Positions 8,083-17,467 are shown, counted from the stretch's first letter. The stretch is DNA of 64,000 nt from an uncultured Spirochaetaceae bacterium (GCA_964623865.1 CAZUVX010000001.1:96304-160303); one strand, 5' to 3'. Notes: a model not told the origin generated them from the letters alone. A program made the numbers and translations.

Positions 8083-8724
8083 ATGTACATCTTTCTCCTG
8101 CTCGCACCTCTCGCTTCGGCCTTTCTGATTCTCGCGTATCACAAGGTCTGGGAGCGACGGGCAATTCTGCGCCCCTTTATCCTCGGGGTGATAGCGTACA
8201 TTCCTGCGTGGGTGATTCTCCTCGTCATCGAAGCGCTCACGCCGGAGGTTTACCACGGCGCCGCCCTCTTCCTCGACGCCCTCCTCGTGGAGCACCTGGT
8301 CCCCATTGCTCTGGCAATCGCCCTCTACTTCACGCTGGCCGGATCCTTCCGGCAGGCAGGCCGGCCGGTCTTCGTCGCGGCCATGTCCGCGTTCTTCGCC
8401 GGTTTCTTCACCCTGGAGGCGTTGCTCTTCCTTGCACTGGGCCCGAGCATCGTTACGGCGTACAGTCTCTTCATCCTCCCGCTGCTTAGGCTCGGCGCAC
8501 TGGCCGCAATGCCGGTCTTCATGTGGGGCGTCCGTTCCGGAGGGGGTCCCGACCGCTATCTCTTCGGCTTCGGCGCCGTGATGTTGCCCGGAGTGTTTGC
8601 CGTCGTCTCGTATCTCAACGGCCTGAACTATCACCTGGTGGCCTACGTACTGACAGGGGTACTGGTCTCATTGCTTGTTCTCCTCTATCTTCTGGTCGAA
8701 GGCGTTATCCGCGGCGCCCGCTGA
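8083..8724 (+). CDS. Polytopic integral membrane protein of unknown function
   Basis: From the ATG at 8083 (AAGGTGG upstream): MYIFLLLAPLASAFLILAYHKVW...ILGVIAYIPAWVILLVIEAL...VPIALAIALYFTLAGSF, with about 6 hydrophobic spans. I trimmed the track ORF (7984). Confidence 0.6.
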   Translation: MYIFLLLAPLASAFLILAYHKVWERRAILRPFILGVIAYIPAWVILLVIEALTPEVYHGAALFLDALLVEHLVPIALAIALYFTLAGSFRQAGRPVFVAAMSAFFAGFFTLEALLFLALGPSIVTAYSLFILPLLRLGALAAMPVFMWGVRSGGGPDRYLFGFGAVMLPGVFAVVSYLNGLNYHLVAYVLTGVLVSLLVLLYLLVEGVIRGAR

Positions 8725-8771
8725 GTGGCCGCGCCCGCAGGACGGGTGACGGACCAACGGGGACGTGTACC

Positions 8772-9866
8772 ATGGGCTGGAACCACACATACACCAGAGG
8801 CGGCGGCCCCGCGGCACGGACACGCTTGCGCCGGCGTGCCCGGGGACTTCGTTGGGGATTGGTTTTCGCTGCGCGCCTTGCATCGGGCGTCGTCTCTATG
8901 GGCGTCCTTCCGGGCTGTTCGCCGGCAACGCTCTTCGTCGGCGACCCCTACGCGGACGCAATCGTTCAGTACGACCCTGCGGAGCGACGGGAGATTCGCA
9001 CTCTGCTGGACGACAGTCCACAGCCCGACCGGTACCTTGCCCTCTCTCCCACGGAGAATCCGGCAACGACATTGCAGGATCATCTCGGTCCACGGCCCCC
9101 GGAGGTCGTCTTTCTCACCGCCTATCTTGCAGACACGGCAATCTCGTTGGCACCCGGGTTCACCGATACACGATTCGTAATCCTCGGGAGCGGAACCGGT
9201 CGTATCGATGGAATGCGCCTTCCAGGTGGAGACCCGGCCGTCTCCCGGATGGAAGACTCCCCGAACGAGGAGCCCGGGAGCAATCTGATTTCGGTTCGGT
9301 TTGATCGACGCGCCGCGATGACGGAGGCTGGAGAGGTGACGGCGAAGCACACTCTCGCATTGGATCCGCCGCAGGATGCCGTGCTCTTCGTGTTGGACGA
9401 CACATCGGAGCGACGCCGTGAGGCGGATGCCTTCATCGAGGGTTTTCGCCGGACGGTGAGATCTGCTCAAGGTTCCGCGTCCCTGGACGAGCGCCGTTTC
9501 GACGGCGTACCCGGCCGGGACAACTTGAGGAGCGTCTTTCGCGAGGTTTCCGGGCGCTACGGGGTCTTCGCCGTCTTCCTGGGTACCGGCTCGCCGTATG
9601 CAGTGGAACTGGTAATCGGGACGGGAAAACCCTTCGGAACCGAGAATCTGGGATTGTTCGAACCTCTTCAGGAGCGTATGCTGTTCAGTGTGGATACGCG
9701 GCTTTCCGATGCGCTGCGGGCGTACCTCCGCGCCACCGGGGAAACCTCAACGGCGACCGACGTGTCCGAGGTAGTGGCGACGGCACGCCTGGTCCTCGGG
9801 CCGGCCGCGAACAGGCAGGAGACCACTGAAGAGAGGGCGAACGGAGTCAACAATGACTCAGAATGA
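8772..9866 (+). CDS. Putative lipoprotein of unknown function
   Basis: From the ATG at 8772, a positively charged N-region and hydrophobic stretch end in a lipobox-like LPGC (GVVSMGVLPGCSP). The remainder is soluble with no motif I recognise. The start is uncertain. Confidence 0.5.
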   Translation: MGWNHTYTRGGGPAARTRLRRRARGLRWGLVFAARLASGVVSMGVLPGCSPATLFVGDPYADAIVQYDPAERREIRTLLDDSPQPDRYLALSPTENPATTLQDHLGPRPPEVVFLTAYLADTAISLAPGFTDTRFVILGSGTGRIDGMRLPGGDPAVSRMEDSPNEEPGSNLISVRFDRRAAMTEAGEVTAKHTLALDPPQDAVLFVLDDTSERRREADAFIEGFRRTVRSAQGSASLDERRFDGVPGRDNLRSVFREVSGRYGVFAVFLGTGSPYAVELVIGTGKPFGTENLGLFEPLQERMLFSVDTRLSDALRAYLRATGETSTATDVSEVVATARLVLGPAANRQETTEERANGVNNDSE

Positions 9867-9924
9867 CCGATGATCCTAATTGAGGGGATAGTGCTCTTGA
9901 CGGGTACGCCCCGAGGTGGTTCAT

Positions 9925-9953
9925 TTGACAAAGGCAGGGGTGAATCCTATAAT
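9925..9953 (+). promoter_or_regulatory. Consensus sigma-70 promoter of the tandem FlaA-like operon
   Basis: TTGACA (9925-9930), a 17-nt spacer, TATAAT (9948-9953). Both hexamers are perfect and lie about 50 nt upstream of the ATG at 10002. Confidence 0.7.
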
Positions 9954-10001
9954 TCGCCGTAATTTGGAAGATTTTGACCTATGCATCTAAAGGAGCAAAG
10001 A

Positions 10002-10733
10002 ATGACGTACGTGCGGTTCCTGGGGGCGGTTGTAGCCGTCTTTCTCCTCGCACTACCGCTTTCGGCGCAGACGCAACAGACGCGGAGCCTGCGGTCAATA
10101 GTTCTTGAAGACTTTGATGATCCCGAGGCACGAGCGTGGTTGGTGACGGCAAGCAAGTTCTCACCTGAGGGACTCCCGGAAGAGGCCTACGTGAATACCT
10201 GGCCGGACGCACTCTACAGGCGGGAGCCGGAAGACCGGACGCTTCGCGCCTTCGGTGTGCGAGCGGCCTTCACCCGTAAGGGATACAACTTCATTGAGAT
10301 CACGCCGGCCGCCGAGAACGACGAGGGAGAGGTGGTGCCGGACGGCATTCCCATCCCCGGGGCCGTCGATACCATCGACCTCTGGGTCTGGGGCAGCAAC
10401 CGCAACTACTACCTCGACATCCAGCTCCGCGACTTCCGCGGAGTGGTTCATACCCTCCGCATGGGCGATCTTGCGTTTCGCGGATGGCAGAACCTCAGTA
10501 TCGAGGTGCCCAGCTACATCCCGCAGGAGAGTATCTACGTGCTGCAAGAGCAGGGCCTCGAGATCGCCAAGTTCGTCCTTTGGACCCGTCCCGAAGAGCG
10601 CGTCGACGAGTTCTACGTCTACCTGGACGAGATCAAGGTCGTCACCGACGTCTTCCGGGAGCGCTTTGACGGCGAGGATCTTGCCGATCCTGAGCGGGTC
10701 CAGGAGCTGTGGTCCGCAGGCTCGGAAAACTAA
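10002..10733 (+). CDS. FlaA-family flagellar filament outer-layer (sheath) protein, short paralog 1
   Basis: Signal peptide MTYVRFLGAVVAVFLLALPLSAQ. The core pattern is shared with the next gene and with FlaA: FGVRAAFTRKGYNFIEITP...IPGAVDTIDLWVWGSNRNYYLDIQLRDFRGVVHTLRMGDLAFRGWQNLSIEVP...EFYVYLDEIKVVTD. AAGGAG lies 6 nt upstream of the ATG at 10002. Confidence 0.8.
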   Translation: MTYVRFLGAVVAVFLLALPLSAQTQQTRSLRSIVLEDFDDPEARAWLVTASKFSPEGLPEEAYVNTWPDALYRREPEDRTLRAFGVRAAFTRKGYNFIEITPAAENDEGEVVPDGIPIPGAVDTIDLWVWGSNRNYYLDIQLRDFRGVVHTLRMGDLAFRGWQNLSIEVPSYIPQESIYVLQEQGLEIAKFVLWTRPEERVDEFYVYLDEIKVVTDVFRERFDGEDLADPERVQELWSAGSEN

Positions 10734-10755
10734 GGTGACCAGAGGAGCATAGAGC

Positions 10756-11457
10756 ATGAAGAAAGCACTTGTAATAGTCACACTACTTGTTGCCTCCGCC
10801 CTTGTGGTCTTCGGCCAGCAGGCTCAGACCGATCCCGACCAGCTTGGTTCCGACACGGCTCAGCAGGCTCTTCAGGAGATCTCGGTCACCAGGTTTGAGG
10901 ACCCCGGCTTCTGGCGGGTTTCGGTCCCTTCCGACCAAGGGGTCATCTCTCATCGCCGCCTGGAAGGGGCGCCGGCGGAGAAGGAGCCGATTGAAGCTGA
11001 GGAAGAAGCGGGGATTGAGCCGCAGGACGAATACGTCCTGGGCGTGAAGACGACCTTCTACCGGCGCGGCACGACGAGCATCTCGGTCGAGCCCATCCGG
11101 CCGCTCCCGATCCCGGGGATCACCAAGACGCTGTCGGTGTGGGTGGTTGGTCGAAACTTCAATCACGACCTCTACGTCCGGGTCCAGGATTACTTCGGGA
11201 ATCGCAACTCGATCTATATGGGTCGGCTGAACTTCTCCGGCTGGAAGCAGCTGTCCGCACCTATTCCTCCGGGCCTGCGCCAGCGCGACGTCCACTATCA
11301 GGACCAGACCGGGCTTCAGGTGCTCGGCTTCGTCATTGAGCCCGCCCTCGAAGAGACCTTCGGCTCCTACTACGTGTACTTCGACGATATGCGGGCCATC
11401 ACCGATCTCTTCCCCGAAGAGAGCCGCGATCCCGACGATATGATGGATGCCTGGTAG
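10756..11457 (+). CDS. FlaA-family flagellar filament outer-layer (sheath) protein, short paralog 2
   Basis: Signal peptide MKKALVIVTLLVASALVVFGQ, then LGVKTTFYRRGTTSISVEPIRPLPIPGITKTLSVWVVGRNFNHDLYVRVQDYFGNRNSIYMGRLNFSGWKQLSAPIP...YYVYFDDMRAITD, which is the FlaA-family pattern. GAGGAG RBS. Confidence 0.85.
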   Translation: MKKALVIVTLLVASALVVFGQQAQTDPDQLGSDTAQQALQEISVTRFEDPGFWRVSVPSDQGVISHRRLEGAPAEKEPIEAEEEAGIEPQDEYVLGVKTTFYRRGTTSISVEPIRPLPIPGITKTLSVWVVGRNFNHDLYVRVQDYFGNRNSIYMGRLNFSGWKQLSAPIPPGLRQRDVHYQDQTGLQVLGFVIEPALEETFGSYYVYFDDMRAITDLFPEESRDPDDMMDAW

Positions 11458-11516
11458 GATCAAGAGTGGAAGGTCATGTCCAAGGGGACGTGCGATGCTC
11501 CACGATTCTTGTACGG

Positions 11517-11545
11517 AGCGCCTCCTGCGGGGAGGCGCTTTTTTG
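11517..11545 (+). terminator. Rho-independent terminator after the FlaA-like operon
   Basis: 9-bp GC-rich stem agcgcctcc / ggaggcgct with a 5-nt loop (tgcgg), followed by a run of 6 T (11539-11544). Confidence 0.8.
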
Positions 11546-11584
11546 TAGGCACAGCCTGTGCACGAACGCGAGTGAGCTTCACCC

Positions 11585-12769
11585 ATGAGTGACCAGAGCC
11601 GTACGGATCATTTCCCATTTCTCAGGAACGTCTACTTCTTCCGCGATCTTCCCGACGCGGATCTGCATCGGGTGGCGGGCCGTTGCAAGGAAGTTGTTTA
11701 CGAGACCGGCGACACGGTCTTCACCGAGGGGAGCCGGGGCGACCGCTTCTTCATCGTCCTAGATGGTCAGGTAGAGGTGTGGAAGGATACGGACGGATTG
11801 CCCGACAGCCTGTTGGCGGTTCACGGCAGCGGGCACCTCTTCGGGGAGATGGCGCTCGTCGACGACCTTCCCAGGAGCGCGACGGTGAGAGTGCGCGACC
11901 GGGCGCGACTGCTCTACCTTACCCGAGAGGAGTTTCGCTCCGCCATTCAGAACAGCCCCGGAATGGCTCTCTCGGTACTGAGGGCCCTCTCCGCGATGAT
12001 CCGGACGAGCAACGAGAGTTACGTGTGCAAGCTTCAGGAGCGAAACCAGCAGCTCGCCACGGCGTACGAGGAATTGAAGAAGACGCAGGATCGGCTTCTC
12101 GCGCAGGAGCGGCTGTCGAATCTGGGAAAGTTCTCGTCAATGATCCTGCACGACGTCCGCAACCCGGCGTCGGTCATCAAGAGCTACGCCGAGATGATTC
12201 AGCTGCACATGGATGATCCGGACAAGGTGGCGCGCAACGCCGGGAGGATTCTCCAGGAGGTCGTCAGACTCGAACGGCTTACGGCGGATCTGCTCGACTA
12301 CTCGAGAGGGCAGATTCGCATCAACTTTCAGATCGTCCAGCTGGACAACTTCCTTACGCGCATCGAAGAGGCGGTAGGCAGCCGTCTCGCGGCGAAGGGA
12401 ATCGAGTTTCGCACTGAGAACAGCTGTTCCGAACCGGCCCTCTTTGATGAGGAACGTCTCATTCGCGTCGTCCTGAACCTCGTTGACAACGCCCGCAAGG
12501 CGACCCCCAAGGGGGGAGTTGTCACGATCTCGACTTCCTGCGACGCGCAGAGCGTCAGGATCCGTGTGCAGGACAACGGAGAGGGCATGACCCGGGAGGT
12601 CCAGGAGCGAGTGTTCCAGCCCTTCTTCTCGACATCGCCGGACGGGGGAACCGGACTCGGCATGGTGATCGTGAAGAACATCGTGGAAGCGCACGAGGGA
12701 GAGCTCCGGGTGGAGAGCGCCCCACAGGCGGGTACCACGGTTGAGATCACTCTTCCCCATAAGGGGTGA
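11585..12769 (+). CDS. Soluble sensor histidine kinase with an N-terminal cyclic-nucleotide-binding (CAP_ED) domain
   Basis: cNMP-binding pattern (FTEGSRGDRFFIVLDGQVEVW...GHLFGEMALVDDLPRSATVRV). This is followed by the H-box SSMILHDVRNPASVI, N-box LVDNARKAT, and G-boxes DNGEGM / GTGLGM. There are no TM segments and no response regulator nearby. Confidence 0.85.
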   Translation: MSDQSRTDHFPFLRNVYFFRDLPDADLHRVAGRCKEVVYETGDTVFTEGSRGDRFFIVLDGQVEVWKDTDGLPDSLLAVHGSGHLFGEMALVDDLPRSATVRVRDRARLLYLTREEFRSAIQNSPGMALSVLRALSAMIRTSNESYVCKLQERNQQLATAYEELKKTQDRLLAQERLSNLGKFSSMILHDVRNPASVIKSYAEMIQLHMDDPDKVARNAGRILQEVVRLERLTADLLDYSRGQIRINFQIVQLDNFLTRIEEAVGSRLAAKGIEFRTENSCSEPALFDEERLIRVVLNLVDNARKATPKGGVVTISTSCDAQSVRIRVQDNGEGMTREVQERVFQPFFSTSPDGGTGLGMVIVKNIVEAHEGELRVESAPQAGTTVEITLPHKG

Positions 12770-13586
12770 GCCCGAATAGTGCCTCGAAGTTCTTCGTAGT
12801 TGTTGCGGCCAAGTGTTCCGGAGTTGTTCCGCGCAGTTCCGCCAGAAAGGAGATCGTATGCCCCAGGTAACCCGGATGGTTAGGGCGTCCGCGGACCGCC
12901 TGGGGAGCCAGAAACGGTGCGTCCGTCTCGGCGAGGAGTCGATCCTCCGGAACCATCCGCGCCGCCTCACGGATTGCCTGGGACTTCTTGTACGTTACGT
13001 TGCCACCGAAGCCGATGTGCATCCCCATGTCCAGAAAGCGCTTTGCCTCTGTCGGTCCGTCTGAGAAGCAGTGCATGATGCCGCCTCGATCGGGCCTACG
13101 GTCGGCCAAAACTGCGGCAACGTCTTCGGTGGCGTCCCGATTGTGAATGATCACCGGGAGGCCGACCTCGTCGGCAACGGAGAGTTGCGCCTCGAAGAGG
13201 TTTCGTTGGGCGTGACGAGTGCCGAAGTCCCAGTACCAGTCCAGGCCGATCTCTCCCAGCGCCACAACCTCTGGAAATGATGCCTGAGCACGTAGCAGCT
13301 CCGACAGCTCGGAAGGCTCGAGTGTCCCGGCCTCGGAGGGGTGCGCCCCGACAGCCAGTAAGGCAACCGGAAGGTCCGCAAGGAGGGACCGCCGCTTCTC
13401 GAAGGTACGCGGTGCAATGGAAATGTCGAGGGCGTGAGCGAGACCCGACGCGCTTGCCCGGCGGAGGAGGGCGTCAATGTCCAGTCCCCTCTCCGAACAG
13501 ACCTCGGCGTGGAAGTGGGAGTCGGTAGTGGCCGGCAGTATCAGCATGTCTTCGAAGGGGTCCTTGCTACGTCCCACAGGGAGCAT
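12747..13586 (-). CDS. TatD-family metal-dependent hydrolase/DNase
   Basis: ATTDSHFHAEV...PVIIHNRDATEDV...GIMHCFSDGP...MHIGFGGNVTYKKS...LLAETDAPFLAP are the TatD signature blocks. The start is uncertain (GTG 13637, ATG 13586 or ATG 13547). The 3' end overlaps the convergent kinase gene by 23 nt. Confidence 0.8.
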   Translation of the reverse strand: MLPVGRSKDPFEDMLILPATTDSHFHAEVCSERGLDIDALLRRASASGLAHALDISIAPRTFEKRRSLLADLPVALLAVGAHPSEAGTLEPSELSELLRAQASFPEVVALGEIGLDWYWDFGTRHAQRNLFEAQLSVADEVGLPVIIHNRDATEDVAAVLADRRPDRGGIMHCFSDGPTEAKRFLDMGMHIGFGGNVTYKKSQAIREAARMVPEDRLLAETDAPFLAPQAVRGRPNHPGYLGHTISFLAELRGTTPEHLAATTTKNFEALFGLTPYGEE

Positions 13587-13726
13587 GATAGGTGCTTCGG
13601 CCCGGCAAGAACAACCGGGGCCGGGAGCCTCCACCACCGCAACGCCGTTGCTCCGGAGCCCCGACCCGAGGCGCTGAGGCGTTAGTGGTTGCGTCGGGCG
13701 GGAGGGGCGGAGTAGGATCGCAGACC

Positions 13727-14614
13727 ATGAGCAAACATAAACGGTCGAGCGACATGACCGCAGTCATTGTGGCGTACGTGGTGGCGGTAGGAGCGTTCAT
13801 CGCTGTGTATTCCTTCAGCGACGCGGAATCCGTCTTGCGGCGCACCTTCGTGGCCGACGTGGTGGCCACCCTGGTGATCTTCCTGGCGAGCGTATTCGCC
13901 GACAACTCGAGTATGTATGACCCCTACTGGAGCGTCTTGCCTCCCGTGATCTTCCTGACGTGGCTCATAGATTTCGGGGAAGCCACCCTCTTCACGGTAG
14001 CAATTCTGGGCGTGACCTTCGTATGGGGAACCCGTCTCACCCTGAACTGGGGGACCGGCTGGTCCGGTATGGGGCAGGAGGACTGGCGGTATCGAAGCTT
14101 CCGTGAACGCTTCGGCCGGCTCTACTGGCCGGTAAGTCTCCTCGGCATCCATCTCTTTCCAACCGTATCGGTCTTTCTTGCCTGTATCCCCATCTACTTC
14201 GTTGTTGAGAACGGTGTGGCCGCCGTTCCGATTGCCGGTCTCGGTGCTCTGGTAGCCGCAGTGGCGGTCTACATAGAAACCACGGCAGACATTCAGCTGC
14301 GTCGCTTCAAGGCTGAAGGCGGGGAGGGACCTTGCACCAACGGTCTCTGGCGCTTTTCGCGGCATCCCAACTACCTCGGCGAGTTGGGCTTCTGGCTCGG
14401 GATGGTACTCTTGGGACTTGCCGCCGGCGCGCCATGGTGGAGCGTTGCCGGTATGGCGGTTATGGTTGGTATATTTGCGGGATACAGCATTCCGGCAATG
14501 GAGCGCAAGGTTCTTGCCACGCGTCCGAGCTACCGCGTCATCCAGGAAGAGGTGCCGGTGCTCGTTCCCATTCCGGGACGCTACCTTTCTCAACAGGATG
14601 AGCGGGTCGTTTGA
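13727..14614 (+). CDS. DUF1295 / steroid-5-alpha-reductase-like polytopic membrane protein
   Basis: From the ATG at 13727 there are multiple TM spans. The C-terminal signature GLWRFSRHPNYLGELGFWLG is typical of the DUF1295/ICMT-like superfamily. I trimmed the track ORF (13592). Confidence 0.75.
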   Translation: MSKHKRSSDMTAVIVAYVVAVGAFIAVYSFSDAESVLRRTFVADVVATLVIFLASVFADNSSMYDPYWSVLPPVIFLTWLIDFGEATLFTVAILGVTFVWGTRLTLNWGTGWSGMGQEDWRYRSFRERFGRLYWPVSLLGIHLFPTVSVFLACIPIYFVVENGVAAVPIAGLGALVAAVAVYIETTADIQLRRFKAEGGEGPCTNGLWRFSRHPNYLGELGFWLGMVLLGLAAGAPWWSVAGMAVMVGIFAGYSIPAMERKVLATRPSYRVIQEEVPVLVPIPGRYLSQQDERVV

Positions 14615-14635
14615 CCGTCGCTCCGGGAGGCACGT

Positions 14636-15022
14636 GTGACCTACTACATTGCAAAGAAGACGGCGGGCTCTTTCGACCGGACTATCGAGCGGGTCAAGGA
14701 GATCCTTTCCTCAGAGGGTTTCGGAATACTGACCGAGATCGATGTCAAAGCGACCATGAAGGAGAAGCTCGGAGAGGATTTTCGGGACTACCGCATTCTG
14801 GGCGCGTGCAATCCCCCCTTCGCGCACAAGGCGTTGAGCGCCGAGGACAAGATCGGCACCATGCTGCCGTGCAACGTCATTGTCCAGGCTACCGATAGCA
14901 ACTCCGTGGAGATAGCCGCCGTCGACCCGGTGGCGTCCATGGCGGCGGTGGACAACAAGGCCCTTAAGCCTATAGCCGAAGAGATCCGCTCCCGCCTGGC
15001 CCGGGTCATCGAACAGATCTGA
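14636..15022 (+). CDS. DUF302-domain protein
   Basis: 128 aa. FDRTIERVKEILSSEGFGILTEIDVKATMKEKLGEDFRDYRILGACNPPFAHKAL...MLPCNVIV is the classic DUF302 pattern. GTG start with GGGAGG 5 nt upstream. Confidence 0.8.
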   Translation: MTYYIAKKTAGSFDRTIERVKEILSSEGFGILTEIDVKATMKEKLGEDFRDYRILGACNPPFAHKALSAEDKIGTMLPCNVIVQATDSNSVEIAAVDPVASMAAVDNKALKPIAEEIRSRLARVIEQI

Positions 15023-15200
15023 CGGAGGCAAGACGGGCGTTCCCGGAGAAGGCGCGCAGTCGAGCAGTGCAGGAGCGCAGTGTCGTAGGTGTAGCGGTTC
15101 CGCGGACACATGACGAGGCGTTCCGGTTGTTCCACCGGGTAGATGCCTTGTAGACTACGAGAAACGGACGACGGCAACGACACGACAGGAAGGTGCATCC

Positions 15201-16127
15201 GTGCGGAACAACGGAGAGACAACCCGGGAGACAGGGCTTCTCGTGCTGGCGGCCGGCATGGGAAGTCGTTACGGCGGGGTGAAGCAGATCGAGGGGGTCG
15301 GGCCGAACGGCGAGGCCCTCATCGACTACTCACTCTACGACGCCCTCGAAAGCGGCTTCAATCGTATTGTGTTTGTGGTCCGCGAGGAGATTCGGCGGGA
15401 CGTCGAGGAGTTCTTCTCCGGGAAGATCCCCTCGGAGGTGACGGTTCGGTTCGTGAATCAGCGTCTCGACGACCTGCCCGGAAGCTACACGTCCCCTGCG
15501 AACCGGGAGAAACCTTGGGGCACCGCTCACGCGGTGTACGCAGCCCGCGACGAGATGGGTGTGCCCTTCACCATGATCAACGGGGACGACTTCTACGGCC
15601 GTGAGTCCTTCCAGGCAATGGCCGATTTCCTGCGGGAGCGCCACGTGGATGAGACGGTTTACAGCCTGGTGGGGTTTCGCCTGGACCGCACCCTTTCTCC
15701 TCACGGCAGCGTATCCCGCGCCCTCTGTGAGGTGGATGCGGACGGCAACGTTGCAACCATTGCAGAGCACAAGAGTATTCACTACGCCGACGGCGGCATT
15801 GTCAGCGAAGTGAGTGGATCGCAGCGCACCCTCACCGGAAGTGAGCTCACCTCAATGAACATGTTCGGCTTCACCCCGGCGGTCTTCACCCAGGTGGAGC
15901 ATGAAATGACGCGCTTCCTGTCGGACAACATCGGAGATCCAAAGGCGGAGTTCTACGTGCCTTGGGCGCTGAACAACCTCATTTCTGCAGGTCGCGCCAC
16001 CCTGACGCCTCTGTCGACGGACGCGCAGTGGTTCGGCATGACCTACAGGGAAGACAAGCCGACCGTGGAGGAGGCGATTCAGCGCTACGTGGACGCCGGC
16101 GTCTATCCCTCCCGGCTCTGGGAATAG
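15201..16127 (+). CDS. Sugar-phosphate nucleotidyltransferase (NTP_transferase fold)
   Basis: N-terminal LLVLAAGMGSRYGGVKQIEGVGPNGEALIDYSLYDA is the G-x-G-[ST]-R nucleotide-binding loop of sugar-1-P nucleotidyltransferases. GTG start. It is convergent with, and overlaps by 25 nt, the sugar kinase gene. Confidence 0.75.
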   Translation: MRNNGETTRETGLLVLAAGMGSRYGGVKQIEGVGPNGEALIDYSLYDALESGFNRIVFVVREEIRRDVEEFFSGKIPSEVTVRFVNQRLDDLPGSYTSPANREKPWGTAHAVYAARDEMGVPFTMINGDDFYGRESFQAMADFLRERHVDETVYSLVGFRLDRTLSPHGSVSRALCEVDADGNVATIAEHKSIHYADGGIVSEVSGSQRTLTGSELTSMNMFGFTPAVFTQVEHEMTRFLSDNIGDPKAEFYVPWALNNLISAGRATLTPLSTDAQWFGMTYREDKPTVEEAIQRYVDAGVYPSRLWE

Positions 16128-17467
16128 GCTTCCCCGAGCGGTCCCGCCGCGCGGCTGCGGATCCGCAGCGGTATCACGCTGCCCGGGCCGTAGAGTCGCT
16201 CCATTTCATTCTCGAATCGGGGAAACTCCTCCTCCCGAACGTAGACCTGCACCGCACCGGCAAAGCCGCCGCCATGAACCCGTGCCACGGCGTCAGGAAA
16301 GAGCCTTTCGAGAAGTGCCGCCGTAAGCGCTATTGCCTGTTCCCGGACGGTTGTGGTGGGCAGGTAGTTCTGCAGGAGGCGCCAGGATGAAGAGGCCGAG
16401 GCGCGTACACCGGCGAGATAGCGCTTCATGTCGTCGTTCTCGAGAGCTTCGGTGATCTCCTGCACCCGTTCGTTCTCCCGATGAAAGTGCAGCGCCCGGA
16501 GTATGGCCCGGTCCCCCGCTTCCGCCCTCAAGAACGACAACCGGTCAAGGATTTCCTCTTCCCGGGTTTCCGCCAGGCGCTCGGCGCCGAGGAGTCGCGC
16601 GACGAGGTTCATCTCCTCCGGGACCGAGGCGTAGTCCGCAGTGAGGTCCGCGTGGCTTGATCCGGTGTTGACCACGCAGAGAGTGTAGCCATGAGAGGCG
16701 AACTCGCAGGGGACGGAACGAACCTCCGGTCTCAGGGAATCCCGGAAGTCTATTCGCACAACGCCACCGTTGGCGCAGGCGATCTGGTCCATGAGCCCGC
16801 AGGGCTTTCCGAAGAAACGGTTCTCCGCGAGCTGTGCGGCCCTCGAGAGCGGGACAACCTCGATGGAGCGGCTGTTCCACAGGACATTGTGCACCTCCGC
16901 CAAGAGAACCTCGAAGGACGCCGACGAGCTGAGCCCCGAGCCTACGGGCACGGAGCTTTCGACGTAGGCATCGAAGCCGCCGACTCGGTACCCTCCTTCG
17001 TGCAAGGCGGCCGCAACGCCGCGAATGAGAGCCGCCGGCGAGGCGACCTCGTTCTCTTGCGGCGCCAGGTCGGTCAGATCTACCTCGAAGGTCTCGGGGA
17101 AGCCTACCGAATGGAGCCGCACCAGGGAGTCCCGTCGCGGAGCTACCACCGCCTTCGTGTCGAGATGCACGCTTGCTGCGAGTACCATCCCCCCGTTGTG
17201 GTCGGTGTGATTTCCCGCCAATTCGGTCCGCCCCGGCGCCGACACCAGGGTGAGCTGCGCGGCGGTATCCCGTGCGGATACGGTGCTCATCCCGGGGGAC
17301 TGCGCGCCCGACGCGCTCGTTCCGAAGGTCGCGTGAAAGCTCTCGATGGCCCGGCGCCAGGCAGCGCGTTGTGCCGACGGCTCTTCCGACCCGTACAGTG
17401 ACCGCAGGGACCGCTCGCCTTCCCCGGAGGCGAGCCATGTCGTAAGTTGCGCTGCTGTGCCGGTCAC
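16103..17467 (-). CDS. GHMP-family sugar kinase, galactokinase-like
   Basis: The galactokinase signature region APGRTELAGNHTDHNGGMVLAASV (canonical GRxNLIGEHTDYNGG) and the GHMP ATP loop PVGSGLSSSASFEV are both present. The GTG start overlaps the stop of the upstream EEP gene (GTGA). Confidence 0.8.
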   Translation of the reverse strand: MTGTAAQLTTWLASGEGERSLRSLYGSEEPSAQRAAWRRAIESFHATFGTSASGAQSPGMSTVSARDTAAQLTLVSAPGRTELAGNHTDHNGGMVLAASVHLDTKAVVAPRRDSLVRLHSVGFPETFEVDLTDLAPQENEVASPAALIRGVAAALHEGGYRVGGFDAYVESSVPVGSGLSSSASFEVLLAEVHNVLWNSRSIEVVPLSRAAQLAENRFFGKPCGLMDQIACANGGVVRIDFRDSLRPEVRSVPCEFASHGYTLCVVNTGSSHADLTADYASVPEEMNLVARLLGAERLAETREEEILDRLSFLRAEAGDRAILRALHFHRENERVQEITEALENDDMKRYLAGVRASASSSWRLLQNYLPTTTVREQAIALTAALLERLFPDAVARVHGGGFAGAVQVYVREEEFPRFENEMERLYGPGSVIPLRIRSRAAGPLGEAYSQSREG

